From the UHGV virus genome UHGV-0177896: a stretch of DNA of 41,409 nt. The stretch is one strand, 5' to 3'. This DNA is from a virus. The notes under the pieces are model-generated. The model searched no databases, had not been told where the DNA came from, and worked only from the letters and a program-made list of their open reading frames with translations. Of this stretch, positions 1-9,427 are shown piece by piece; position 1 is the stretch's first letter; each line of letters begins with the position of its first letter. The position numbers and the translations under genes are program-made.

Positions 1-49
1 TTTTATAGATGGTTTCTGGCGACCTGCACAGGAGTACGGTGATTTTTAA

Positions 50-706
50 TTATTGCAATTGCACAAGAGTCAGTTCTCCCCCAAAGACAGCACCGGTATC
101 AATATAATGCAGGTTGCCAATATCCACGCGATGGCGCAAAGGTGTATGACCAAACCAGAAATGATCAGCACCTGCAATTCCCTGCCCTTTTTGGCGTTCA
201 CCTAATCGCGAGCGGCTCCACAAGACCTGATGCAAATCGACGTCCTTTTGCCATTCATAAACATCATCTGGATAATCGGCATGAGCAATAACATGTTTGC
301 CGGTGCGGCTGTGTACTTCAAGAATAAAGGGCAAATGCTGACATTTTTCCAGCGCCGTTTTCGCTTGTTTCTGTTGATTATCTGCCAGCGCAATAAACCA
401 GTCGCCGCCATTCATCAACCATAAAGACATCTGCCGGGATGCCAGCGCATCCATCGCCATCTGTTCATGATTGCCTCTTACCGCACGAACCCAATGTTGT
501 TCCAGTAACTGCAGGCAACGTAAACTTTGCGGCCCACGATCGATAACGTCTCCCACTGAGATAAGTAAATCTCGCCACGGATCAAAACGACAATGCCATA
601 ATTTGCGGCGCAATTGCTCAAGACAACCGTGTATATCGCCTGAAAGCCAGATATGTCGCCATTGATGACCCGCAATTCTCTGATAAACGGGCGCAGGCTG
701 TTTCAT
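50..706 (-). CDS. pphA: Serine/threonine protein phosphatase, PPP/lambda-phosphatase family (218 aa)
   Basis: Translation has the metallophosphatase motifs GDIHG, GDVIDRG and GNHE. ATG at 706 with a GGGAGG SD upstream; the ORF-track start at 709 is TTG. Symbol from memory of E. coli PphA/PrpA. Confidence 0.8.
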   Translation of the reverse strand: MKQPAPVYQRIAGHQWRHIWLSGDIHGCLEQLRRKLWHCRFDPWRDLLISVGDVIDRGPQSLRCLQLLEQHWVRAVRGNHEQMAMDALASRQMSLWLMNGGDWFIALADNQQKQAKTALEKCQHLPFILEVHSRTGKHVIAHADYPDDVYEWQKDVDLHQVLWSRSRLGERQKGQGIAGADHFWFGHTPLRHRVDIGNLHYIDTGAVFGGELTLVQLQ

Positions 707-1170
707 CAATATTTTCCTCCCGCGCTAAAGATCACATAATCTTAACAAGAATGTTAAAAAACGCTGGACTCAAACAGTAGAGTGTGTGTTATGGTTGACT
801 ATAAAGTCAGCGAAGGGAATGCTTCTGGCTTTTAACAGATAAAAAGAGACCGAACACGATTCCTGTTTTCGTCAACAAACAAGAAACCCTTTTTAAATTA
901 ATTTGTTAAGCAAAATTACGCTCATCTTTTAATCCCAAACACGTACCATTGCATATTAATGCATTCAATTAGTTACCATTTTTTTCGAGTTTTTTAGAGA
1001 AAATTTCGGGACTATTTCAGACCAATCCAGGCAGAAATAAGCAATCCCTATATTGAATGATTCCGCAACAATTATGTAAAATCACCTCCGGCTGATTTTC
1101 ATTCAAACTCGCGCTATCGAACGTCCATCAGCCAGCCGTGGCACGTTCTTGCATACGACGTGCTACGGTT

Positions 1171-1725
1171 TCATTTATCTCCGACCGGAAACTTCTTATA
1201 CAAAGTCGATACGCCAACATCATAAATGATCGCCACCTTCTGGCGAGGAACTCCTGATGCAATTAGTCGCCCGGCCTGCGCCCATTGTTCTGGTGTAAGT
1301 TTGGGACGACGTCCACCAATTCGTCCCTGTGCGCGAGCAGCTTCCAGTCCAGCTTTTGTTCGTTCAACAATCAGTTCTCGTTCCATTTCAGCCAGGGCCC
1401 CCATCACATGAAAGAAAAAACGCCCCATCGGTGTGCTGGTATCAATAGCATCCGTCAGGCTGCGAAAATTAACGCCACGTTCGCGCAACTCCTCAACCAG
1501 AATGACCAGATGCCGCATACTACGCCCCAGCCGATCCAGCTTCCAGACAACCAGAGTGTCACCTGCCGATAATGTCCTGAGCAGTTTTTTCAGTCCCGGC
1601 CTTTCGGACTTTGTACCGCTTATCTTGTCTTCAAAAATCAGCTCGCATCCTGCACAGTTCAACGCATTACGTTGTAGATCGGTATTCTGGTCATTTGTTG
1701 ATACGCGTACATAGCCAATAAGCAT
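1171..1725 (-). CDS. pin: Serine-recombinase DNA invertase (Pin/Hin/Gin family, 184 aa)
   Basis: N-terminus MLIGYVRVSTNDQ is the resolvase/invertase catalytic-serine motif, with a C-terminal HTH. ATG at 1725 (internal Met of ORF 1171..1761). Sits next to an invertible tail-fibre segment. Confidence 0.9.
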   Translation of the reverse strand: MLIGYVRVSTNDQNTDLQRNALNCAGCELIFEDKISGTKSERPGLKKLLRTLSAGDTLVVWKLDRLGRSMRHLVILVEELRERGVNFRSLTDAIDTSTPMGRFFFHVMGALAEMERELIVERTKAGLEAARAQGRIGGRRPKLTPEQWAQAGRLIASGVPRQKVAIIYDVGVSTLYKKFPVGDK

Positions 1726-1751
1726 GGTAGATCTCCCTGACAAAAGCAGGA

Positions 1752-2126
1752 ATGATGCCATTTGCTCGTTATTTCTGCATTTTCATAAACGTTGGTTTGG
1801 GAGAAGCGGCAAAACGGAATGTGGGAACAGGGGAAAATCAGATACCTGATATGTCATCATATGCATCAGGTTCAGGCTGGCGAAAAATGCCAGATGGTTC
1901 AATTGAACAGTGGGGACGAATTAGTTTTCCTGGTGAACACGGGCCTGTATCCGCCAATGTTTCATTCCCGATTCCATTTACACAGACACCGGGCATTGTA
2001 ATTGTGTGCGATGGTGGTTTCGGGGGCGGGAATATGTGGGGGGCGACCAACTGGAGCACTACCGGCTTCATAGCTCACTGCAATTATGGTCTTGAAGGTG
2101 GTGCGTTTTTCGCTAAGGGCTGGTAA
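1752..2126 (+). CDS. Alternative tail-fibre C-terminal segment (Sv'-like), silent in this orientation
   Basis: ORF begins at the crossover site, which encodes NVGLGE. It lacks its own start context and would fuse to the constant part of the tail-fibre gene after inversion. Followed directly by a tfa-like gene. Confidence 0.6.
   Translation: MMPFARYFCIFINVGLGEAAKRNVGTGENQIPDMSSYASGSGWRKMPDGSIEQWGRISFPGEHGPVSANVSFPIPFTQTPGIVIVCDGGFGGGNMWGATNWSTTGFIAHCNYGLEGGAFFAKGW
1780..1805. repeat. Invertase crossover site, left (hix/gix-like 26 bp)
   Basis: Plus strand reads TTTTCATAAACG TT GGTTTGGGAGAA. Its reverse complement shares the half-site TTCTCCCAAACC and central AA with the site at 3596..3621, so the two are in inverted orientation. 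Confidence 0.8.
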
Positions 2127-2569
2127 TGATGAAATATCTGTACGTAAACAACCTGGCATATCCTTACGAACTTCAGTCTCTTTATGTTGAAAAAGGTGAA
2201 TGGCCTGAAGAAAAAGGTGTTGATATAGACGAAGTAATTTTCAGGGAATATTTCTATGACACACCACCAGAAGGAAAATACAGATGTGTTGGAGAAGATG
2301 GACTGCCTGCATGGGCAGATATTCCTCCACCAACACGTGAAGAACAAATTGCATCAGCCGAAACTAAAAAGCAGCAATTGATTAATCAGGCCAACGATTA
2401 TATGAACAGTAGACAATGGGTTGGTAAAGCGGCTATTGGTCGTCTGAAAGGTGAGGAACTGGCGCAATATAATTTGTGGCTGGATTATCTGGACGCACTG
2501 GAGCTGGTCGATACTTCCAGTGCACCAGATATTGAATGGCCTACTCCTCCGGCAGTTCAGGCCAGATGA
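2126..2569 (+). CDS. Tail-fibre assembly protein, alternative copy (Tfa/U'-like)
   Basis: 147-aa ORF with a C-terminus typical of tail-fibre assembly chaperones (ELAQYNLWLDYLDALELVDTSSAPDIEWPTPP). Lies inside the invertible segment, convergent with the other tfa. Confidence 0.75.
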   Translation: MMKYLYVNNLAYPYELQSLYVEKGEWPEEKGVDIDEVIFREYFYDTPPEGKYRCVGEDGLPAWADIPPPTREEQIASAETKKQQLINQANDYMNSRQWVGKAAIGRLKGEELAQYNLWLDYLDALELVDTSSAPDIEWPTPPAVQAR

Positions 2570-3143
2570 CATCCGGCGCGGTGCTGGTATCTGTTGCCGT
2601 CACCGCGTCAATGTAATCCAGCACGGCGTTAAGTCGGGTTGTTTCTGCCTGCGTCAACTTCCGTCCGGCCTGTAATTTCAGCTGAATCAGACTAATGGAA
2701 GCCATTGCTGCATTAATCAGTGACTGGCGCTGTGCTTCTGCCGCGTCTAGTGCGGCGCTATGCTGTACCTCGGTATCCGTCATCCATTTCTCACCATCCC
2801 ATTTATCGTATGGCGTTAATGGGGCGATAGTGGTTGTATTTTCAGGGTAATCACCCGGAACTGTGATTTCTTTGGTATCTCCCGTTTCGGTACTATAGAC
2901 AACTTCACCGCGATGGTCTGGCACATATTCCCATGAATTTAAATCTACAGAGCGACAGATTGCATAACCAGCTTTATGTGTACCTGGTGCATCCAGACAG
3001 GAACATGCCGGGATGCCGACGCCGACAGAAAGATATTCAGTTGATGCAGAAATATATTCCCGCGTCTCACCGTCATAGTTATAAACGGTGATATTTCCTG
3101 CTTGAGTGGCAATAAATTCGTTATTTAATACAGCGTCATTCAT
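2541..3143 (-). CDS. Tail-fibre assembly protein (Tfa/U-like)
   Basis: 200-aa ORF directly downstream of the tail-fibre gene. C-terminus RLNAVLDYIDAVTATDTSTAPDVIWPELP parallels the alternative copy. Confidence 0.75.
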   Translation of the reverse strand: MNDAVLNNEFIATQAGNITVYNYDGETREYISASTEYLSVGVGIPACSCLDAPGTHKAGYAICRSVDLNSWEYVPDHRGEVVYSTETGDTKEITVPGDYPENTTTIAPLTPYDKWDGEKWMTDTEVQHSAALDAAEAQRQSLINAAMASISLIQLKLQAGRKLTQAETTRLNAVLDYIDAVTATDTSTAPDVIWPELPEE

Positions 3144-3964
3144 TATGCAGCTCTCACGATATAATTAAATGCAATATTACGGGGACGCGCGGATACGTAA
3201 GCCCACCAATCATATCTTTGTGCACCTTTGCTGGATGCATCAAATATCCACTTTTTGCCATTTATGGTGTTCCACTGATTGGAGGTAAGACTGTCACCGA
3301 ATCCATAGTTTGCAGAACCCAGCGAACTGATATCCCCTGTATCATTGTCATCAAAGCCGGAAACGATAGTCCCCTCCTGAAATGACAGTATCGTACGCCC
3401 TGAGTCAACCCCGCGCCCGTCATCCCAGCCACGGATAAACTCCCCGCGCAAATCAGGCAGTCTGAGCGACGGATAGGCAAGCGCCAGTTGGGGGTATTGT
3501 GAGGCCGTGAAAGCAGCTCCATTACACTTGAGCCATCCCGCTGGCGGGACGGCAAGAGGCCACGGCACCGGAACGCCAACAGGCAAAGCAGAGCCTTCTC
3601 CCAAACCAAGGTTTTCGAGAGCCGTTTTCACCGTGCCATCCGATTTGATATCACCAAACGGATTCTTGCGGCTCAGGTATTCAACAGCAAACCCCGATCC
3701 CAGCAATTCAACAAAACCGGGCAGATCACCATTATCAAGCACATCCCGTTGCGTTTTATCACTTACAAACTGGGCCAGAGCTGCAGCAATAAAGCTGGCC
3801 TGCCGAATAACCTTATTGACTTGCGCACTGGAGGCTTTCCCTGCTGTAAATCCAGATAAAAGCGCGGGCAACGCTTCCCATTCCTCCTGCGATATAACAT
3901 TGGCTTTTCGATCCGTTGCAAACGCTTTAAAGTCATTTTTCGCCATCAGAGTAATACTCCCCAT
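3143..3964 (-). CDS. Tail-fibre protein (constant N-terminal part plus variable C-terminal part)
   Basis: 273-aa ORF. The crossover site at 3596..3621 lies in-frame and encodes ENLGLGE about 119 codons in. An alternative ATG at 3946 overlaps the upstream stop as ATGA. Confidence 0.75.
   Translation of the reverse strand: MGSITLMAKNDFKAFATDRKANVISQEEWEALPALLSGFTAGKASSAQVNKVIRQASFIAAALAQFVSDKTQRDVLDNGDLPGFVELLGSGFAVEYLSRKNPFGDIKSDGTVKTALENLGLGEGSALPVGVPVPWPLAVPPAGWLKCNGAAFTASQYPQLALAYPSLRLPDLRGEFIRGWDDGRGVDSGRTILSFQEGTIVSGFDDNDTGDISSLGSANYGFGDSLTSNQWNTINGKKWIFDASSKGAQRYDWWAYVSARPRNIAFNYIVRAA
3596..3621. repeat. Invertase crossover site, right (hix/gix-like 26 bp)
   Basis: Reads TTCTCCCAAACC AA GGTTTTCGAGAG, containing the AAACCAAGGTTT core typical of Hin/Gin/Pin sites. 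Inverted partner at 1780..1805. Confidence 0.8.
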
Positions 3965-4626
3965 GCTCCTACATCAAAACCACTGATGAATTCGTTATCC
4001 ATATCAAAACCAAAAAATTTTGAGCCTTCCGATGGGGTTTCCACCGAAGGTGTTTCAATGCCACCCGCCCATACCCCGGCGGCTTTTACTGTGAGATACC
4101 CCTGTTTAATTGCCGCAATTAACTCACGCGATACATCTGAAATATCAGTATCAGGAAAGACCCAGACCGATATCGTCATGTCCTGGTTATCGACTATCTG
4201 CATTCGCAGTCCGGATCCTGCTGTTGCCGCGTCAAGAATTGCCGGAAGCGAATCATTCCGTCCGTCCCAGTTATTAATCGCAATCTTCGCTTTAAGGATG
4301 ACACGATAAGTTTCATCGCTGAGGTACATGTATCCGGAATCAGGATCGTATGGCCCCTGCCATACACCCTGATCATATCCAAGCCCGTCGGTATCCCAGC
4401 TGAAATAAACACCTGAAATAGGCTGGCTGACAACACGGCTACGTCCGATCCACAATCCCAGAATGTCAAGTTGCACACCAACCGCAGAGTCAATATCAAA
4501 TGCAGTAATCAGCCCTCTGGTGGCAGCCGCAACATCAATAAGCGGCCGGGTCATCAGATCAACATGTGCAAGAAATTTAGGTTTGGTGGCGTGGTAGTTC
4601 GTGATTAGTTCGGTGTATTTGCTCAT
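3946..4626 (-). CDS. Baseplate/tail protein (Mu gp48-like, YmfQ-like)
   Basis: 226-aa ORF immediately upstream of the tail fibre and downstream of the J-like baseplate gene. Family assignment from position and general sequence character. Confidence 0.6.
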   Translation of the reverse strand: MSKYTELITNYHATKPKFLAHVDLMTRPLIDVAAATRGLITAFDIDSAVGVQLDILGLWIGRSRVVSQPISGVYFSWDTDGLGYDQGVWQGPYDPDSGYMYLSDETYRVILKAKIAINNWDGRNDSLPAILDAATAGSGLRMQIVDNQDMTISVWVFPDTDISDVSRELIAAIKQGYLTVKAAGVWAGGIETPSVETPSEGSKFFGFDMDNEFISGFDVGAWGVLL

Positions 4627-5822
4627 GACTCCACCGTTATAACGATATTTTCCGGGGTACAGGACGCAGATTCGTTGTATCTGATATCAATGTTTGATGA
4701 CGACAAAGCCCCCGGGGATTTCCCAATCGTCAGTTCCTGAATATCGTAATAGCGTGCATTCCCGCCACTCACCACGCCAAGATTCGCCGGTGAGTAAATG
4801 CGACTTAAAAGGACCGAATCACCAATCATCAGACTATTGATATAGTCGGAAATAGCCTGCTGGATCTGCTGCCCTATCTGTGAGGTATAACCCGTAAAAA
4901 CTTTTAATTTAATCCGGGCATAAACAGGCACATCACTGGAACGCGAAAATTTGATTACATGGGGATTGCCGTATTTATCCGGAACCGTAACGGATGTTGT
5001 ACCGTGAGTGGCTGTCCCCTGGCCTTTATTCCCTCTGATAGCCTGAGCAATATCCGTCACATCACCGCCATCCACAATTACAGCAACAGAGTGTGGCGGT
5101 AACCCGTTACCGTCCTCCGAACCATTATCGTTTTCATAGAGTTTGTGGCGGGTTACACCGGTAACATTAGAAACAGCACCATTCAGTGCTTCAAATGGGG
5201 TTATTGATGGCAACGCAACACTTTGCGACTGTCGGATACGTAACTCCGCATCAGTTTCTGCCGGAGTGCCCACAGTAGCCGCAGCAGGATTGGTTACCGA
5301 AACCCAGCCACGGGTTGGCGTATTAATTTCAGTGATAGTTCCAGCCAGCGCCGCCACTGCACCACTGACGGAACATGTTGCGGTCACCATCACTGTACCA
5401 TCCACGCCGACCACCACTGAAGCAGGCAAACGCCATATCACATTATTACTGTCTTTCACGCTGCCATTAATGATGGTTGTTCCGGCAGTTCCTGTAAGAA
5501 GCAAATCAACCGTAGAGTTCGTCGCGCCTTTACGTGAAATACCATTTATTTTCACGTTACTGGTCAGTGCAGCCCCATAGCTGGTTGCTGGTGAAAAACA
5601 GTTGTAGACAGTTATCGCCATATTATTGGCATCATGAATCGCCAGCGCCATCAGAGCCACCATCTGGCCGTCTTTGCTGTCCGGTTCGAGGTAGGCATCA
5701 CTGCCATAAATCTGCTGAAAATAGCTAATCAGGGTGCTGAGTATCGTCTGATAATCAGGCGCACTGATCCCCTCCGCGGTTACCTTTGCAGATAAACCGA
5801 GAGAATCAAGGTTCAGAGCCAT
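4623..5822 (-). CDS. Baseplate J-like protein (Mu gp47-like)
   Basis: 399-aa ORF in the baseplate operon; size and order match baseplate J/gp47. Confidence 0.65.
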   Translation of the reverse strand: MALNLDSLGLSAKVTAEGISAPDYQTILSTLISYFQQIYGSDAYLEPDSKDGQMVALMALAIHDANNMAITVYNCFSPATSYGAALTSNVKINGISRKGATNSTVDLLLTGTAGTTIINGSVKDSNNVIWRLPASVVVGVDGTVMVTATCSVSGAVAALAGTITEINTPTRGWVSVTNPAAATVGTPAETDAELRIRQSQSVALPSITPFEALNGAVSNVTGVTRHKLYENDNGSEDGNGLPPHSVAVIVDGGDVTDIAQAIRGNKGQGTATHGTTSVTVPDKYGNPHVIKFSRSSDVPVYARIKLKVFTGYTSQIGQQIQQAISDYINSLMIGDSVLLSRIYSPANLGVVSGGNARYYDIQELTIGKSPGALSSSNIDIRYNESASCTPENIVITVES

Positions 5823-6175
5823 TACGCCTCCGATGTAACAGTCGTTATTCCATAAAGAGTGTCGATTTCAGCGGAAAACATGACACGTCGGGTCGTGGTA
5901 TCCACCGTCGTATTGAAAGAGAGGATTGATTTAACGCCCTGCGTTTCGAGGATGCGCTTACGGATCGCCAGGTTGTAGGTTTCCGGCTTCTGCTTACCGA
6001 GTACGGACTGGATCCACGGAGTCCCCTCGGTGGTGTCGAGAAACCATTGCCCATACCACAATTCGAATCGCGTTTTTACCGCCTGCGCCACGGCCTCCGG
6101 TGAGTTAATCAGCCAGGTGTCATCACCGCTGCCAAAGGTGTAATCGCCATCGGCGTCTTCACGTCTGTATCGCAT
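5822..6175 (-). CDS. Baseplate wedge protein (gpW/gp25-like, Mu gp46-like)
   Basis: 117-aa ORF between the V-like and J-like baseplate genes, with overlapping stop/start. Confidence 0.55.
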   Translation of the reverse strand: MRYRREDADGDYTFGSGDDTWLINSPEAVAQAVKTRFELWYGQWFLDTTEGTPWIQSVLGKQKPETYNLAIRKRILETQGVKSILSFNTTVDTTTRRVMFSAEIDTLYGITTVTSEA

Positions 6176-6927
6176 CAGTTTACTCCGTCGGTATTGCTTC
6201 CACCGCGCTGAACACCACCATGAGTGTGCGTATCATCAATTGGCTTGCCGTTAGCCTTCACGCTACCCAAAAACTCAACAGCACCAGTGATTTTTGAAGC
6301 CACACCAGAAACCACAGACCCCACCATGCCACCCATCCAGGTTAACAGGCCATGAATGGTTACTTTCTCAGAAAAATCAGCCAGAGGGGCAACCACATCA
6401 AGACCACCCGGAGCGACAATTTTAATTTTCCTGGTATCAGGATTAAGCTCAAAATAGGTGCTGCCGTCATCACTACGCAACTGTGTGGCACTGGTATTAA
6501 TACCGCTAATCTTCCTTGCCTGCGACTGGGGACCGACAATACAAAACGCATCCGATAAATCATGCATTCTGTCATCGACCGGCTCCTGTATCCCGCCGCT
6601 CTGCCACCAGAAATCAATACAACGATCGGCAAAAATCATCAAACATTCATCACCGGCTTTAACTGGGAACGTTAGCGTGCATCCTCCGCCGCGCGGGAAT
6701 ACCACTGGCACATCCACCAGCAATGGGTAATTTTGGGTAATGCGGTTGCCGTCATTATCCTTTTCAACCGAACGGATAGCAGGCTGCACAACTGCCGTCA
6801 CCGCATCAGGATCGAATGACTGAATAATGCCAGGCAAGGCGACACGGATCTGGTTCTTTGTTGTTTCCCGTTCAGATTTGAATGTTTCGGCAAGGTCGCC
6901 GCTGCGGGTCTGGTCAGATACGGCCAT
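6175..6927 (-). CDS. Baseplate assembly protein V / spike (Mu gp45-like)
   Basis: 250-aa ORF, first baseplate gene after the terminator. Position and size fit gpV-type spike proteins. Confidence 0.6.
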   Translation of the reverse strand: MAVSDQTRSGDLAETFKSERETTKNQIRVALPGIIQSFDPDAVTAVVQPAIRSVEKDNDGNRITQNYPLLVDVPVVFPRGGGCTLTFPVKAGDECLMIFADRCIDFWWQSGGIQEPVDDRMHDLSDAFCIVGPQSQARKISGINTSATQLRSDDGSTYFELNPDTRKIKIVAPGGLDVVAPLADFSEKVTIHGLLTWMGGMVGSVVSGVASKITGAVEFLGSVKANGKPIDDTHTHGGVQRGGSNTDGVN

Positions 6928-6940
6928 TTAGTAGGCTCCA

Positions 6941-6970
6941 GAAAGCAAAAAACCCGCCTGGTGGCGGGTT
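6941..6970 (-). terminator. Rho-independent terminator (minus strand) closing the tail cargo cassette
   Basis: GC stem AACCCGCC/GGCGGGTT at 6951..6970, followed on the minus strand by a T-rich tract (TTTTGCTTTC). Sits just upstream of the gp45-like RBS. Confidence 0.6.
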
Positions 6971-6988
6971 TGATTTATAAGAGCTTCA

Positions 6989-7162
6989 CTAACTATCTTT
7001 CTTGGGAAAAGTTGAAGGCTTGTCGTGATAGCTTTCCGTCATAATTTCGATATCCCCGAAAGGTACTCTAGCAATAATCTCTTGCTCATAGTTATCTAGG
7101 AAAGAGACCTCAGGCTCACTTGGTTTAGGTTGTGGTTCATTTTGGTCTTCTGGACAGGACAT
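6989..7162 (-). CDS. Small acidic, proline-rich hypothetical protein (57 aa)
   Basis: Hand-translated: MSCPEDQNEPQPKPSEPEVSFLDNYEQEIIARVPFGDIEIMTESYHDKPSTFPKKDS. ATG at 7162 lies 2 nt after the upstream stop (TGAATATG). Below the 60-aa ORF-track cutoff. Confidence 0.3.
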   Translation of the reverse strand: MSCPEDQNEPQPKPSEPEVSFLDNYEQEIIARVPFGDIEIMTESYHDKPSTFPKKDS

Positions 7163-7164
7163 AT

Positions 7165-7695
7165 TCAAACCTTACTTATTAACATGCACGTTACAGAAAT
7201 AATAAAAAATACAAATGACATAACCATCCATCGAAACAACTCATTTACAAACGCTGATTTTTCTTTATGGATTTTCTCGATTCTATCAATAGCCCTACCA
7301 TACATTATCAAATGAAATCTGACTGTGTCATCTCTACTACCCCTCAGAAGAAATTCATGTTGTTCAGGTGTTCGATGCACAGGCATTTTGGGAATATTTC
7401 TAAGTTCCCAACATTTCCATAAATAATAAAAACAAAAAACCAAACATACAAAACATGAACATAGACACAATAGAGACAATCTTGCGGATAGACTAGTCTT
7501 TAACTGTTGTCCCAGCTCAAAGGACCCAAAAACGGCTAATAATGCAGAAATCTCAACACCAAGCACAGCAAGAAGAAAATTAGCTTTGTCCTCTAACCGC
7601 CTGTATGTTGTCTTAACTTCTTCATACCTGTCTCTCGAGTACGACAAAATCGTATCTACTTCAAGGCCAACAGCCTCATTCCTTTGATTGCACAT
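7165..7695 (-). CDS. Hypothetical integral membrane protein, low-GC cargo gene
   Basis: 176 aa with about three hydrophobic helices, one Cys-rich (LSLLCLCSCFVCLVFCFYYLW). Local DNA is markedly AT-rich compared with the flanking tail genes. No recognisable domain. Confidence 0.55.
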   Translation of the reverse strand: MCNQRNEAVGLEVDTILSYSRDRYEEVKTTYRRLEDKANFLLAVLGVEISALLAVFGSFELGQQLKTSLSARLSLLCLCSCFVCLVFCFYYLWKCWELRNIPKMPVHRTPEQHEFLLRGSRDDTVRFHLIMYGRAIDRIEKIHKEKSAFVNELFRWMVMSFVFFIISVTCMLISKV

Positions 7696-7701
7696 ATTGT
7701 A

Positions 7702-8055
7702 TTAATCGTCAACCTTCTTACAAGGAAACGAACCTATGATTCTCGGCGCATCCATGCTGTTCTGCAGTAGTTGGACATTCAAGAAACGCGTTTCGGTACC
7801 CGGACGGCGAATGAACTCGAAACCGTAATTGTTACCGTCTTTGGCTGGCATAAGCCCCATATCCGCCTTCATTCCATTACCGTTGCCGAGCGTTTTGATT
7901 TTCTGGGAGGTAACTGTCTCACCATTAATCCTGAACAATGAATCAGGAATCAACTCTAATTTGTAGCCACCACACTGAAGCGTGACACCGCCAGGATTCG
8001 CAGCAAATGCGAACCCCGGAAGGAAACAGAGTCCAATAACAATCCACTTTTTCAC
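7702..8055 (-). CDS. Hypothetical secreted/periplasmic protein with signal peptide, cargo gene
   Basis: N-terminus MKKWIVIGLCFLPGFAFA-ANP looks like a signal-peptidase I signal. GTG start at 8055 overlaps the hub gene stop (TAGTG). 117 aa. Confidence 0.5.
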   Translation of the reverse strand: MKKWIVIGLCFLPGFAFAANPGGVTLQCGGYKLELIPDSLFRINGETVTSQKIKTLGNGNGMKADMGLMPAKDGNNYGFEFIRRPGTETRFLNVQLLQNSMDAPRIIGSFPCKKVDD

Positions 8056-9122
8056 TATCCTACCTCACGCTGTAAAGACGACGCCGAACGAAGATCCGCC
8101 GCACCGCGCGCTTCGCACATCATATCCATGTACCACGCCTGGCCCCTTGTGTCGCCAGTGTACATAATCCCGCGCACAATATAAACGCCATCCGTTGCGA
8201 TGCTGGCAGGCTGCGATGTGGTGCCGCTTAGCGTAATATTTCCGTCCGTGTTCTGGTCAGTGATCTGCCCACCGGCCATCGCGATATCGTTGTTCGACAA
8301 CGCGGTACGATACACTGAAGCCTGATCCAGTTGAATGAGCCCGTTAACCCGGATGTTCGGATTAATAAGCGCGCGGACGTTTACGCCGTTACCGATAGTC
8401 TGCTGCGGCATGCCAATAAGCCCGGTAGCGCTGTTGAGCACAATCGCTTCGTGAACATATTCGTTATTCGCCACCATCTGGCGCTGACCGTCCACGAATT
8501 GCCATGTTGCGCCACACTGCCCGGCTACGTTATCCATTAGATGCCGCGTCATGCCAAAGAGCACCCGCCCCCGGGGGAATACAGTAGCAGGCATTTCAGG
8601 CGTCAGGCCTTCGGTCGCACCTTTGGCTTCGAAGTCTTTCATCAGCGCACGGTTCACATCAGCGACCGTGTAACCGGCAGCCAGCGTCTGTGAGGTTATA
8701 CTGGTGGCAAAAGCCAGATCAGTATCTGCTGCCTGAATCAGGACGTAGGAATCAACCGGACTGTCTTTTCCTGTGACCGAGTAGCGAATTTCACCGCTGA
8801 AAATCAGTCCGTAGTTGCGACCATCACTCTGGCCCACGTCCGCCGCGTCAACTTCCCGCACTGTCCCGACGTCGCTTGCCGACACTTCCGGCGCGATACC
8901 GTCGTAACCCGCAATCAGACGCACTTTCGAAAACTCCTGCCCGGTAATTCGGTTCACAGTATCTGCCGAGAGGTTATAAATTTTGATAGTCCCTACCCGG
9001 GACGCGCTGCTGATGTTGAACCAGTCGATCGTAAAGGTGACTTTGAAATCACTTAGCTCAATTCCCTGACCGTTCCCGTCCACAAGCTGCAGCTCGAAAT
9101 GTCTCATCCAGTTCTGTGACAT
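8055..9122 (-). CDS. Baseplate hub / tail protein (P2 gpD-like or Mu gp44-like)
   Basis: 355-aa ORF downstream of the tape measure and two small tail genes. Size and order fit the hub protein. Confidence 0.55.
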   Translation of the reverse strand: MSQNWMRHFELQLVDGNGQGIELSDFKVTFTIDWFNISSASRVGTIKIYNLSADTVNRITGQEFSKVRLIAGYDGIAPEVSASDVGTVREVDAADVGQSDGRNYGLIFSGEIRYSVTGKDSPVDSYVLIQAADTDLAFATSITSQTLAAGYTVADVNRALMKDFEAKGATEGLTPEMPATVFPRGRVLFGMTRHLMDNVAGQCGATWQFVDGQRQMVANNEYVHEAIVLNSATGLIGMPQQTIGNGVNVRALINPNIRVNGLIQLDQASVYRTALSNNDIAMAGGQITDQNTDGNITLSGTTSQPASIATDGVYIVRGIMYTGDTRGQAWYMDMMCEARGAADLRSASSLQREVG

Positions 9123-9124
9123 GC

Positions 9125-9427
9125 TTACTCCGTTGATACCAGTAAATGACTGCGGCCGCCCAGGTCAGTTTTTGTGGGGTAATCCTGTGTGTTGTCATCA
9201 CAGACCACCACCAGCTTAAAACCAAGCCCCATACAGGCATACTGCGCCAGCAAGTCAGCACCAGTGACGAGAGGAATACCGGAGATTACCGGCTCCCCTC
9301 TGTCGTTCTGCAGGTCCATAATCCAGTAAAGATCGCGCCATATGATGCTAATCCGCCAGGTGACACCACCCAGGACGATGCTGAACTGCTGATTGTCCGC
9401 TGTCAGCGGAATTTCCTGAATTGTCAT
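9125..9427 (-). CDS. Small tail protein (hypothetical, 100 aa)
   Basis: ORF packed within the tail operon between the tape measure and hub genes. Confidence 0.45.
   Translation of the reverse strand: MTIQEIPLTADNQQFSIVLGGVTWRISIIWRDLYWIMDLQNDRGEPVISGIPLVTGADLLAQYACMGLGFKLVVVCDDNTQDYPTKTDLGGRSHLLVSTE

Larger units (their letters stand above)
1793..3608. other. Invertible tail-fibre segment (about 1.8 kb) bounded by the two crossover sites
   Basis: Two inverted 26-bp sites flank Sv/tfa on the minus strand and tfa'/Sv' on the plus strand, with the invertase gene adjacent. Same architecture as the Mu G and e14 P segments. Confidence 0.75.

Noticed and set aside
202-675. Several 60-70 aa ORFs on both strands overlapping the phosphatase gene (202..411, 230..424, 471..665, 478..675)
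   Set aside because: They lie in alternative frames of a well-supported 218-aa gene with clear catalytic motifs, and have no RBS or independent support.
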